In this document: positions 32,054 through 40,299 of the stretch, piece by piece | How the letters are laid out: every line of letters begins with the position of its first letter | How positions within the stretch are numbered: position 1 is the first letter of the stretch | Origin: a virus | Taxonomy: Duplodnaviria > Caudoviricetes | IMG/VR virus record: IMGVR_UViG_3300046724_000355 | Span: 1 to 61,057 of that record | Direction: 5' to 3' (one strand) | Length of the DNA stretch: 61,057 nucleotides | Notes under the pieces: generated by a model | Seen by the model: the letters and a program-made list of their open reading frames with translations, nothing else | Told to the model about the DNA's origin: nothing | Databases searched by the model: none | Position numbers and translations under genes: made by a program

Positions 32054-32707
32054 ATGCCTTCCTTCGCCGCTGTTGGTTCGACGTTGACCGGGTCGAACTC
32101 CACGACGGCGGCCGTTCCGGTGCCGGCGGGGGTGCTGCCCGATCACGTGGTGTTCGTGTTTCTCTATGTCGAGACCACGCAGGCGGTCACACCCGCCTCC
32201 GGCTTCGCGGAATGTCCGTCGTCCCCGGTGGTCGTCACCGGCGGTAATGACAGTCACGACCTGCACATCTTCTGGAAGCGGGCGACGGCGGCGGACAGCG
32301 GCACGTATACCTTCACGATTGCGTCCGGCCTCGGCTGGCGGATGGGGGTCGCGGTGCGCTTCATCGGCTGCGTGCGGTCGGGTACACCCGTCGAGGCGAC
32401 CACCAGCGCCATCGACATCACCGGAACCGCGACCCACAGCCCGGCCGTGTCCTCGACATCGCTGGGTGTGGACCGTGAGTGGTTGTGGGTGGCCTCCAAC
32501 TATGGCGGCGCCAGTTCGACGCCGCCATCCGGTGTAACCGAGCGCGTGGACGTGACCAGCAGCACGTCCATCACGGCCGGTACCAAGGATCAGCCTTTCG
32601 TCGGCTCGTCGGGATCACTGTCGAATACCTGGACGACCGGCGCCGGGTCGGCTGCGTGGCTGGGCGCGTTGAAGCCGGAGAGCCCGGGGCAGTTCTTCAG
32701 AATGTGA
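32054..32707 (+). CDS. Fibre tip/receptor-binding-like beta protein
   Basis: FWKRATAADSGTYTF motif; last gene before terminator. Confidence 0.7.
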   Translation: MPSFAAVGSTLTGSNSTTAAVPVPAGVLPDHVVFVFLYVETTQAVTPASGFAECPSSPVVVTGGNDSHDLHIFWKRATAADSGTYTFTIASGLGWRMGVAVRFIGCVRSGTPVEATTSAIDITGTATHSPAVSSTSLGVDREWLWVASNYGGASSTPPSGVTERVDVTSSTSITAGTKDQPFVGSSGSLSNTWTTGAGSAAWLGALKPESPGQFFRM

Positions 32708-32715
32708 TGAAACGC

Positions 32716-32753
32716 AAAGCCGCCTCGGATCTTTCGGTCCGGGGCGGCTTTTT
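32716..32753. terminator. Bidirectional intrinsic terminator
   Basis: AAAGCCGCCTCGGA / TCCGGGGCGGCTTT with T tail, between convergent genes. Confidence 0.85.
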
Positions 32754-32765
32754 CGCTGTCTAGGG

Positions 32766-33116
32766 TCAGCCGGGGATCTGTGCGCCGATTGCGCTGCCTG
32801 CGCCTGCGCCGATGCCCGCGCCGATGACTCCACCGGCGACGGCGCCGATTCCGACGCCGATGATCGCGCCGGCCGGGCACACGGGCAGGGTGACGGCGCA
32901 CGCCAGGACGCCGCCGGCGACGCCGCCGATCACGACGCCCGCGACGGTGCCGACCGCGGTGCCGATCTGCTCCCCGGCGAGGGCTTGGGTTTGTCCTGCG
33001 GCGACGGGGGTGACGGGCTGCGGCACTATGTCGGGGGTCGCGGCGGAGGCGAGACCTGCGCCTGCTCCGGTGAGGGTGGCGGCGGTGATGAGGGTGGCGG
33101 CGATTCTTCGGAACAT
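32766..33116 (-). CDS. Secreted glycine-zipper protein
   Basis: Sec signal ending ASA; repeated GxxxG; CAVTLPVC loop. Confidence 0.8.
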   Translation of the reverse strand: MFRRIAATLITAATLTGAGAGLASAATPDIVPQPVTPVAAGQTQALAGEQIGTAVGTVAGVVIGGVAGGVLACAVTLPVCPAGAIIGVGIGAVAGGVIGAGIGAGAGSAIGAQIPG

Positions 33117-33139
33117 CGGTGTCTCCTGGCTGGATTCGG

Positions 33140-33628
33140 TTAGAACGCTAATTGGCGTGTTGTTCCCGGTTGGGACATGCCGGTGCTGTACCAGAGGCTG
33201 ATCAGTTGCGCGTCCCCGTATTGGCCGGTGACGTCACGGTTGACGACGACGTCGATCCAGAGTGTTTGCTTCTGGCCCGGTTTCAGGATGTCGGTGTGGC
33301 CGGTGTTGGTGCCGACCACCTCGTTGCCTACCGAGTATTGGACTTCGGGCTGTGCGACGCCAATGAAGTTCATCGACGTGTTCTCCACCAGTACTTCGCT
33401 TCCCGTGACTCCGCGTGGTTCCTGCGCGATGCCTTGAACCAGGGTGATCGTGAACGGTCCGACGTTGTACTTGTTCTTGTGGGTGTCGGGGACCGGCTGG
33501 ATGGGTGCCGCGGCGGTGGTCGTCGGCTGGTGCACGGTGGTCGGCTGGCTGGCGGAGTTGCTGGAGCAACCGGCGGTGGTAGCGAGGGCTGCAGCGACTG
33601 CGACACTCGCGAGAATGCTGGAACGCAT
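33140..33628 (-). CDS. Lipoprotein
   Basis: Signal peptide with lipobox TAGC, Ser/Thr linker, Ig-like body. Confidence 0.8.
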   Translation of the reverse strand: MRSSILASVAVAAALATTAGCSSNSASQPTTVHQPTTTAAAPIQPVPDTHKNKYNVGPFTITLVQGIAQEPRGVTGSEVLVENTSMNFIGVAQPEVQYSVGNEVVGTNTGHTDILKPGQKQTLWIDVVVNRDVTGQYGDAQLISLWYSTGMSQPGTTRQLAF

Positions 33629-33678
33629 GAAGCGGTACCTCAAGTTGAAATCGGCTGATGTCCTGAGCAAACCAGCAG

Positions 33679-33709
33679 CGTGCCCCGACCGGTAGCCGGT
33701 CGGGGCACG
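33679..33709. terminator. Perfect 14-bp hairpin
   Basis: CGTGCCCCGACCGG-TAG-CCGGTCGGGGCACG. Confidence 0.7.
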
Positions 33710-33795
33710 TTTCGCTGTTTATGGCACAGATTGACCATCGACTACCCACCGGATGCCCCGGCGGGAACCGGTCGCGGTCAGTGACCGCAATGAGA

Positions 33796-34041
33796 TCAGC
33801 CCTGTTTGCTCTGTCCGATCACAGAGGGGCTGTAACCGGAGGTCCGCTCGCGGCCACGCTGAGGAAGTATGCCCGGTTCACCCAGCTTATCGGCCGCCTG
33901 ACGCAGCAGTACGGCGCTGGGATGCTCGCCACCGAGTATCGCGCCAAGCTGGTGGCGCATCGCGTTCAGTTGATCGCGGTAGTCGGCGAGCAATTCCGGT
34001 GCCAGCACCACTGTTTCGGGCTGGGTTTCGTTGTCGGGCAC
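33796..34041 (-). CDS. Hypothetical protein
   Basis: AGGGAAGG RBS; in leftward operon. Confidence 0.55.
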   Translation of the reverse strand: MPDNETQPETVVLAPELLADYRDQLNAMRHQLGAILGGEHPSAVLLRQAADKLGEPGILPQRGRERTSGYSPSVIGQSKQG

Positions 34042-34062
34042 GAGGCTGTCCTTCCCTGTCTG

Positions 34063-34521
34063 CTAAGTCCGGCGAGCACACTCGCTCTCCGGAACATCGA
34101 TGTTGCCGGACACGTCGGAGTACTCGAATTCCTTGCCTTCTCCGGACTTGCCGGTGATGGACACGAGAGCGTGCCATGTGCCAGCAAAGCAGTCCGCATG
34201 ACCACCATAGTTCGCCCAGGGTGCCGGAATCTGGTCGTCGGCGGGACCAGTCCCCATCGTTTCCCAGTTCTGCGAACCCAGCGGGCGGAAGGTCAGAAAC
34301 AAGGTGACGTGATGTTCGAGTGGCGTGACATCACACTCCGCCCGGCCCCGCACATTGATCAGCGGAGGCTTCACGTCGGGGACACCGAGGTTGGTCGTGA
34401 ACGACCAACCGCATTGGTAACGCTCCGGTTCCGCGTGCGCCATCGGGGTGGCGATAACCACCCCGGTGGCGGCGACGCCCAGAGCGGCAGCGGTGGTGCG
34501 GGCAAGTAGGTTGGCGCGCAT
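34063..34521 (-). CDS. Secreted Cys-containing protein
   Basis: GAGG RBS; signal peptide ending AHA; 4 Cys; beta-rich. Confidence 0.78.
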   Translation of the reverse strand: MRANLLARTTAAALGVAATGVVIATPMAHAEPERYQCGWSFTTNLGVPDVKPPLINVRGRAECDVTPLEHHVTLFLTFRPLGSQNWETMGTGPADDQIPAPWANYGGHADCFAGTWHALVSITGKSGEGKEFEYSDVSGNIDVPESECARRT

Positions 34522-34559
34522 CGGGTTTCACCTCATGTAGTTGTTATTCTCTTGTGCAG

Positions 34560-34841
34560 TCAGAGCGGCTTTCGTGTTTGGCCGGACATCCAGGCGTCGG
34601 CTTCGCGTTGGGCATCCCACACGCTTGCCGCCGACTTCTCGCGGAGAACGGTCTTCTGGTCGTCGGCGTAGATGGTCCATGCGCAGCCGTTGGCGTTGGT
34701 GGCGCGGATTTTCGCGCGGCCGTCGTACTTCGACAGGGACCACTTGAGGTTGTCGCCTTCGACCAGCCAACCGTCGGTAGCGTCGTCGGGCCGGATTGGG
34801 CCGTAGGGCACCACAGGCTGCCACATCATCGGTTCGGCCAT
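34560..34841 (-). CDS. Hypothetical protein
   Basis: GAGG RBS; Trp-rich; overlaps upstream gene. Confidence 0.65.
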   Translation of the reverse strand: MAEPMMWQPVVPYGPIRPDDATDGWLVEGDNLKWSLSKYDGRAKIRATNANGCAWTIYADDQKTVLREKSAASVWDAQREADAWMSGQTRKPL

Positions 34842-35110
34842 GGCACCTCGCCGGAGCCGTGGTGGACGGTCGCCGGTAAGGCAATCGGTTGGCTGGCGTC
34901 GATCATGCCGAGTCGAACCAACTCGCCCCACGCGACGGTCATCGCGACGCACTCGCCGATGAGGCAGCTCTTGTGGAGTTCCATCGCCTTGTATGGATGG
35001 TCTTGTGCCCATTCGGCATTTCTGCACGCGAGGATCTTGTGTAGCTCGATGACGGTGGCGTCCGCGGGAACCTCGATGGGGTCGCCCGTTTCGGACGGCT
35101 CGATCCCCAT
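34826..35110 (-). CDS. Small His/Cys protein (HxxCxxxxC)
   Basis: AMELHKSCLIGEC...ELVRLG; TGATG coupling. Confidence 0.7.
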   Translation of the reverse strand: MGIEPSETGDPIEVPADATVIELHKILACRNAEWAQDHPYKAMELHKSCLIGECVAMTVAWGELVRLGMIDASQPIALPATVHHGSGEVPWPNR

Positions 35111-35283
35111 CACCTCACCGCCGAGACACAGTCCAGCGCAGCGATGAGCTGGAGGCACTTCTCATCGTGCGCGCCGTGGTCGTCGAGGACGGCCCGCGCG
35201 TGATCCAGAGATTCGAAGGGCGGCGGGGTGTCGGTGCAGAACCTGTGGCGTTGTCGCCACAGGTCCCGCTTGGCCGCGTTCAC
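35110..35283 (-). CDS. Small His/Cys protein
   Basis: GTGA coupling; FC..PP...ARAVLDDHGAHDEKC. Confidence 0.7.
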   Translation of the reverse strand: MNAAKRDLWRQRHRFCTDTPPPFESLDHARAVLDDHGAHDEKCLQLIAALDCVSAVR

Positions 35284-35588
35284 CGCTTCCTCGGCGTGAT
35301 GACACCAGCGTCTATCAGCGTGTCGATCGCGGCGGCTTTGCGTGCGCATTCGCTCTTGGGGCACCCGCTGTGTTGCTGCCAAGCGGCGTGCGCTTCGAGG
35401 CGGCTGAACGGGTGGAGGGGCGCGTTGTGGTTGGTTGCGTCCAGCCATGCTGTGGCGTCGTTGGGGGAATTGGGCATAAGTCGGTGCCTGGCAGCAGATT
35501 TGGGCGCGCGCAGTGGCAGCAGATACCAACACGCGGTCGCCATTATGAGGGATGCGGTCAGGCCGATCAACGCAAAGTTCGTCGACAT
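35280..35588 (-). CDS. Membrane-anchored small His/Cys protein (HxxCxxxxC)
   Basis: N-terminal TM; AHAAWQQHSGCPKSECARKAAA..LIDAG; GAGG RBS. Confidence 0.75.
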   Translation of the reverse strand: MSTNFALIGLTASLIMATACWYLLPLRAPKSAARHRLMPNSPNDATAWLDATNHNAPLHPFSRLEAHAAWQQHSGCPKSECARKAAAIDTLIDAGVITPRKR

Positions 35589-35756
35589 CGGAACCTCGGG
35601 GTGAGCAGTTCGGTTAGGTGTGTCCCAGTGCCGGGGGCACCGCCGGCCGAGTCGTTTGGCTACGAACGCGGACCGGCGGTGCATCCCCTTGCGGGGGGTG
35701 GGGCAACCCGGCAACGGGCGCTGACAAGAACGTAAGCCCGAAATCGTAAGGATCAG

Positions 35757-35773
35757 TAGTGCATGACGCACTA
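35757..35773. promoter_or_regulatory. Palindromic operator candidate
   Basis: TAGTGC-N5-GCACTA in the divergent intergenic region. Confidence 0.45.
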
Positions 35774-35843
35774 GTCTTATGCCGAATTGTCGGTACGCTT
35801 GGCGGTAAGGGGAAACACACAGCCGAGCATCAGGACTCAACCC

Positions 35844-37037
35844 ATGACCGACGAAACGATCGGCGATCGCATCAAGCGCTTCCGCGGCAGAGCCTTCACC
35901 CAGGCGCAGCTCGCAGAGGCTTCCGGCGTATCGAAAACGGTGATCTTTCAACTAGAGCAGAACCGCAAGACCAGCGCATCCCTGCCGACGCTGCGCGCCA
36001 TCGCCAAGTCCCTCGACATCGATGTCGCCGAGCTCGTCGGCAAGCGGGCAGGCATCCCGACCGGCGACACCGAAGCCGGTGTTGTCGCGATCCGCAAAGC
36101 GCTCTCGTCGGTCGATGACCTTATCGGCGACATCGACGAGGTTGAACCGCTCACGCTGGAGACGGCGCAACGCGAGGTCACCTACGCGTGGGGTTCGTAC
36201 TGGAGCGGCCGGTACAAGAAGCTGGTCTCGATTCTGCCGCCGGGTATCACCCGGCTGCGGGCGACAACGCACAGCGTCTCGACAGACGAGGCGCCGCGTG
36301 CGCACGAACTGTATGCGTGGCTGTTGTGGACGTCGGCGTGCACGCTCGTGCACCTCGGCCAGCCCGATCCCGCATGGATGGCGATACGCCAGGCCCTCGC
36401 CGCGGCCCAGAAAGGCAACGACCAGTTCCTCGAGGCGACGCTGCGCGGCAGTGTCGGATGGCAGCTGCTGGTACAGGGCCGCTACGAGGAGTCGCGGCGC
36501 GTCGTGCTGAAGGCGGCCGAGGACATCGAGCCTCACGGGGACGTGTCGCAGCAGCATCTCTCCGTGTATGGGAGTCTGCTGCTGCAGGGCGCTACCGCCG
36601 CCGGCCGTGGATTGCAGATCTCGGAAGCGCGCGCTCTCGCCGACGAAGCGGGTGCTGTGGCGTCGCGATTGCCGGGTGACACCAATTGGTATGAATGCAA
36701 TTTCGGGCCGTCTCAGGTAGCGATGCAGCGCACGGACATCGAGGTGTCGAACGAGCGGTATCCGGAGGCGCTGGAGGTCGCGAAGACGATGCCCAAGCGC
36801 GGGATCGGCCTGACTCCGGTGTCGCGGGCGCGGCATCTGCTGGATCAGGCTGCGGCGGCGGTTCGGATGGGTAGAACGCAGATGGCTTTGGACATGCTTC
36901 TCACTGCCGAGCAGGTGGGTGGCGAGGAGTGGGCCCGCTATCAAACGCTGCTGAAGACGGTGGTGGCCGAGCTGCTGGAGAGTGACCGGCAGAGTTCTCT
37001 GCGGGAATTCGCTCAACGTCTCAACGTGACTGCGTAA
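35844..37037 (+). CDS. XRE-family HTH regulator with long helical (TPR-like) C-terminal domain
   Basis: IGDRIK..TQAQLAEASGVS..IFQLEQ..LRAIAKSL; FGP motif in C-terminal domain. Confidence 0.9.
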   Translation: MTDETIGDRIKRFRGRAFTQAQLAEASGVSKTVIFQLEQNRKTSASLPTLRAIAKSLDIDVAELVGKRAGIPTGDTEAGVVAIRKALSSVDDLIGDIDEVEPLTLETAQREVTYAWGSYWSGRYKKLVSILPPGITRLRATTHSVSTDEAPRAHELYAWLLWTSACTLVHLGQPDPAWMAIRQALAAAQKGNDQFLEATLRGSVGWQLLVQGRYEESRRVVLKAAEDIEPHGDVSQQHLSVYGSLLLQGATAAGRGLQISEARALADEAGAVASRLPGDTNWYECNFGPSQVAMQRTDIEVSNERYPEALEVAKTMPKRGIGLTPVSRARHLLDQAAAAVRMGRTQMALDMLLTAEQVGGEEWARYQTLLKTVVAELLESDRQSSLREFAQRLNVTA

Positions 37038-37052
37038 CAGCTACCTCCGAGG

Positions 37053-37086
37053 AGCCGCCCCGATCAACGATCGGGGCGGCTTCTTT
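37053..37086 (+). terminator. Intrinsic terminator
   Basis: AGCCGCCCCGATC-AAC-GATCGGGGCGGCT then TCTTT. Confidence 0.85.
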
Positions 37087-37149
37087 GCTTCTCTGGGGCG
37101 CAGCTGCTGAGCCACGTCGATGGCCTGCCGAAATTCGAGAGGGGCCGAT

Positions 37150-37383
37150 ACGGTTGGTTGTCTTTCGGTGGAACGCAAGGGCATTAGGTCACTAATTGGT
37201 CCCTATTTGTGTCAAGGGGCTGAATATTAGCTGACGTGACAACGCAATTCACGTTACGGACTGTCTCACTATTCGCCAGTTAACGCGTGCCGTACCCGCA
37301 TGCGTCCACCATCACACCGACCGGTTCGCTAATTGAAGATCAAAAACCCTTGCGTTGCTGCACATTCGCGAAAGACAATCCGT
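37150..37383. ncRNA. Candidate multibranch structured RNA
   Basis: Two 10-bp long-range helices enclosing several hairpins in an AT-richer interval with no long ORF. Confidence 0.4.
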
Positions 37384-37519
37384 GCCACCGATTTTCTGCA
37401 CAGTGCCAACCAGCAGGTCAGACTCTATGGACTTCACGCTGGAGGAACTACGATCCCTGACACATCTGCGACATAAAGGGCGTAAGAGTTAGGGCACATA
37501 ACTGAAAGGTGGCAATACG

Positions 37520-37939
37520 GTGAGCGAGTGGACATCCGATGATCACTTGGACCGAATTTGCCCCACAGCAGGCGATCTCGCCGTGCCCGGCACCAGTATC
37601 TCGGTATGCGAGCCGAGTGGGGACGTGGTGTTGGGCGATGGATGGGCAACAATCGGAACTTTGATCGAAACCGACGGCCCCATCGACGTGATTCCCTGCC
37701 TCGGGCTCACGGCAACGCAAATTGAACGGCTGCTCGCTGCGGCCGTTCAAGTGTGGGTTTTCGGCCGGATCTGTCTGACTGGCTGGTACTTCCAGTTCGG
37801 GATCGGCTGGATTGTGGATGTGAAGATGCGTTATCCGGCGTTCTCCGGTCGCCGGCGCGACGCTGCGCGCGCAATGCTCTCGGCCGAGGGGGTTTGGCCC
37901 TTGGTGTTCGCTGGGTCGAGTGACCCGTCGGTGAGGTAG
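37520..37939 (+). CDS. Hypothetical protein convergent on repressor
   Basis: GAAAGG RBS candidate; 3' end overlaps repressor 3' end. Confidence 0.5.
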   Translation: MSEWTSDDHLDRICPTAGDLAVPGTSISVCEPSGDVVLGDGWATIGTLIETDGPIDVIPCLGLTATQIERLLAAAVQVWVFGRICLTGWYFQFGIGWIVDVKMRYPAFSGRRRDAARAMLSAEGVWPLVFAGSSDPSVR

Positions 37940-38205
37940 ACGTCCTCGGTGGTGGCGACCTGAACCTTCACCCAAGCGGTATGCAGGACGTCGTCAGGGC
38001 CAACGTCGAGAGCGACGGCCATTGCCGCCAGTTGATCTACATAGATCGGTGTCCGGGCCCCCAGTAGGGACGAGAGGGTCGCCTTAGGAATCTTGGACTC
38101 CCTGCTCAGGTCTACCTGTTTCCATTTCCGCAGGCCGAGGAGGGCCCGGATCTCGGCAGCAACGGCTTCAGAGAGTCGCCCTGTCTCGCGTGCGTTCGTA
38201 GCCAT
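37831..38205 (-). CDS. Immunity repressor (XRE HTH, cI-like)
   Basis: KQVDLSRESKIPKATLSSLL HTH; divergent from cro. Confidence 0.88.
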   Translation of the reverse strand: MATNARETGRLSEAVAAEIRALLGLRKWKQVDLSRESKIPKATLSSLLGARTPIYVDQLAAMAVALDVGPDDVLHTAWVKVQVATTEDVYLTDGSLDPANTKGQTPSAESIARAASRRRPENAG

Positions 38206-38211
38206 GGATGA

Positions 38212-38241
38212 AGTCTAGGTTCCGTTTGGAGACACAGACAA
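38212..38241 (-). promoter_or_regulatory. Repressor promoter (leaderless) with operator TCTCCAAACGGAAC
   Basis: TTGTCT-N18-TAGACT, 6 nt before ATG. Confidence 0.7.
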
Positions 38242-38287
38242 TGGGTGACATGGGGTCCGCCTCATGACCGCCTGGTCTGCAAACCTC

Positions 38288-38329
38288 TTGCAACGATCTC
38301 CAAATGGAGATATAGTCTCTACATGGAGA
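38288..38329 (+). promoter_or_regulatory. Early lytic promoter (leaderless) with two operators
   Basis: TTGCAA-N17-TATAGT; TCTCCAAATGGAGA 38297-38310; TCTCTACATGGAGA 38316-38329. Confidence 0.8.
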
Positions 38330-38565
38330 CAAGTTGGACCTGGTCAGAACGGGTCACAGCAAGAATCCGAAGGGCAATCTCCGAATCCGGGTTCACCGAA
38401 CAGTACGTCGGAATCCACGCAGGCGTACCGAATTCGACATTGAGCAACTGCCTGAACGGATTCCGCGCATTCAACCTTAAGCAAGTCGAGCGCATCGCCG
38501 ACGTCCTCGGCATCTCGCCGGACGAGTTCATCGATAGCCGCAGCCACGAAGACATCGCGTCATGA
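38323..38565 (+). CDS. cro: Cro-like HTH protein
   Basis: GVPNSTLSNCLNG..QVERIADVLG; divergent from repressor. Confidence 0.85.
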   Translation: METSWTWSERVTARIRRAISESGFTEQYVGIHAGVPNSTLSNCLNGFRAFNLKQVERIADVLGISPDEFIDSRSHEDIAS

Positions 38566-38566
38566 A

Positions 38567-38842
38567 GTGCATGGAAAGCGCTACGGCATGACCAGCGTCC
38601 TGATCTTCATCGGTGCCTGGTGCGTCATCTCCGTGCCCTCAGCGCTGTTGCTCGGCCCTGCAATGCGGGACGCCGTGGCACGCACGTCTTTCCCGATCCC
38701 CCTCGGCGGTACCCGCGCACATTCCGCCGCCGAGGGCCGGGCGCGCCCGGTTGCAGCACCCGAATCCCCCCGATCGGTGCTCCCGGGCGCGTCCCAACCC
38801 GCGAAAAGCGCGCCGACTCCGTCACTGCCCCGCAGGTGGTGA
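38567..38842 (+). CDS. Hypothetical membrane protein
   Basis: One TM helix; start may be 38588. Confidence 0.5.
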   Translation: MHGKRYGMTSVLIFIGAWCVISVPSALLLGPAMRDAVARTSFPIPLGGTRAHSAAEGRARPVAAPESPRSVLPGASQPAKSAPTPSLPRRW

Positions 38843-38981
38843 GGCGCGCGTGCCCCGCATGTCGACAAGAGCGTCATGCGGGGCACGCCTTCCAAACATC
38901 CCGTCAAGAACGGGATTGGCCGCCGACGGCCCCACCGTCGACGGCCTGCTGATAACCGAACAGCACAAAGGATTCTACCCA

Positions 38982-39203
38982 ATGGCTATCCATTCCCCGG
39001 CGTGTGAACAGCTGCTCAGCGAGTTGCTCACCGCGCCAATCGATTCCGTCGCGCATCGCATGGCCGCCGAGATCGAGGCCCTCGACGATGTGGCGGCTGT
39101 CGCCTATCTGTGCGAGGTCGTCACCGAAGACCCGGCCGACTCGGCCCCGTACGCCGTCGCGGCGCTGCTGTTTCCCCACTTGCGCGCGGAGGTGGCGCGA
39201 TGA
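38982..39203 (+). CDS. Hypothetical protein
   Basis: AAAGGA RBS; starts a chain of coupled genes. Confidence 0.7.
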   Translation: MAIHSPACEQLLSELLTAPIDSVAHRMAAEIEALDDVAAVAYLCEVVTEDPADSAPYAVAALLFPHLRAEVAR

Positions 39204-39448
39204 CTCTCGCCGAGTACTCCAAGCGCCTTGATGAGGTGCTGCGTTATGTGGGCCGCTTGCTGACGGCTCCGGAAGGTTCTCCCGAATGGTCGGTCGGTCG
39301 CGCGTTCGTGATGACGCCGGACGCTGACCGGCTCGGCCTGGTCGACCGCCTGGTAACCGATCACGGCGAGAAATCCCGTGAGCATGAGATCGGCTGGGAC
39401 CTGCAGGCGATCATGCGTGGCTGGCCGGACGGGGGCGCAGCAGCATGA
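39200..39448 (+). CDS. Hypothetical protein
   Basis: ATGA coupling, GGAGG RBS. Confidence 0.7.
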   Translation: MTLAEYSKRLDEVLRYVGRLLTAPEGSPEWSVGRAFVMTPDADRLGLVDRLVTDHGEKSREHEIGWDLQAIMRGWPDGGAAA

Positions 39449-39612
39449 GCGTCCGTCTGCATCTCCCGCACCCGCGCATTGCGGACCGCTTCGCCGAGGC
39501 ATTCGAGCACGCACTCCACCATGGTCGCCCCGAGGATCCGACACCCCGGCAGGTTCCGGCCGCCGACGACTGGAACGACTGGCACTGGGACGGCCGAGGG
39601 GGCGACTGGTGA
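39445..39612 (+). CDS. Hypothetical protein, 55 aa
   Basis: ATGA/GTGA coupling on both sides. Confidence 0.55.
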   Translation: MSVRLHLPHPRIADRFAEAFEHALHHGRPEDPTPRQVPAADDWNDWHWDGRGGDW

Positions 39613-39758
39613 CCACGCCATGGTGGGCACCGTTTGACGAGGCCGCGAAGACCCACCGGCGACACCGCGAAGACGCCGCCATGTCGGAGTTGACGTTCGC
39701 GCTCGAGGGCGTGCCCTGGTCCGATCGGCGGGAGGTAGTCGATGACTGCGAAGCCTGA
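39609..39758 (+). CDS. Hypothetical protein
   Basis: GTGA coupling. Confidence 0.5.
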   Translation: MTTPWWAPFDEAAKTHRRHREDAAMSELTFALEGVPWSDRREVVDDCEA

Positions 39759-39984
39759 ACTACCCGCGGATGAAACCTGGTTCCCGGCCGCTGATCGCGC
39801 CGCAGAACGGATCGTCACCCACGTCTGCGACGCGTTGGACCGCGCGATGGGGCGGGATCCGCTGGCGGAGAAGGTAACCAAGTTGGCCACCTTCTATGCC
39901 GGCCTCGACTCCGGCGTCCTCGTCGGCCCGCACTCGGTCGCCGCGAAGCTGTTCGCGCTCGTCGAGGAGGCGGGCCGTGGATGA
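39742..39984 (+). CDS. Hypothetical protein
   Basis: GGAGG RBS. Confidence 0.7.
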   Translation: MTAKPELPADETWFPAADRAAERIVTHVCDALDRAMGRDPLAEKVTKLATFYAGLDSGVLVGPHSVAAKLFALVEEAGRG

Positions 39985-40165
39985 CTGCCAGGCTGCCGCC
40001 GATCGGGTGCAGAGCAGATATCAGGAGCTACGCGACAAGTGCCAGCACCTGAGCGACATCGTCGACCGCGTACAGCGTTTAGCGGAAGCCCTTGCTGCAG
40101 ATACCGATCCGAGCCGCCGCGAGGTGGCTACCGAACTCATCGAAATCGTAGGAGTACCAGAATGA
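39977..40165 (+). CDS. Hypothetical coiled-coil protein
   Basis: GGAGG RBS, GTG start. Confidence 0.6.
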   Translation: MDDCQAAADRVQSRYQELRDKCQHLSDIVDRVQRLAEALAADTDPSRREVATELIEIVGVPE

Positions 40166-40299
40166 GTTTCTGGAGGGACCTGTTCGGCCGCGGCTGGGAA
40201 TCCGTCGCGGCCGGGGTACTACTACTGGCACTGATCGCGATCTGGCTGCAGCCGCGCGAACACTCCTGTGCACCAGACTTCGACGGCGAGGGGCAGTGA
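40162..40299 (+). CDS. Small membrane protein
   Basis: AGGAG RBS; one TM. Confidence 0.6.
   Translation: MSFWRDLFGRGWESVAAGVLLLALIAIWLQPREHSCAPDFDGEGQ

Noticed and set aside
37150-37383. Retron msr-msd reading of the long-range inverted repeat
   Set aside because: No reverse transcriptase recognised anywhere in the window
37040-37520. Arbitrium AimP-like propeptide downstream of the XRE regulator
   Set aside because: No short ORF with a signal peptide found; a terminator follows the regulator directly
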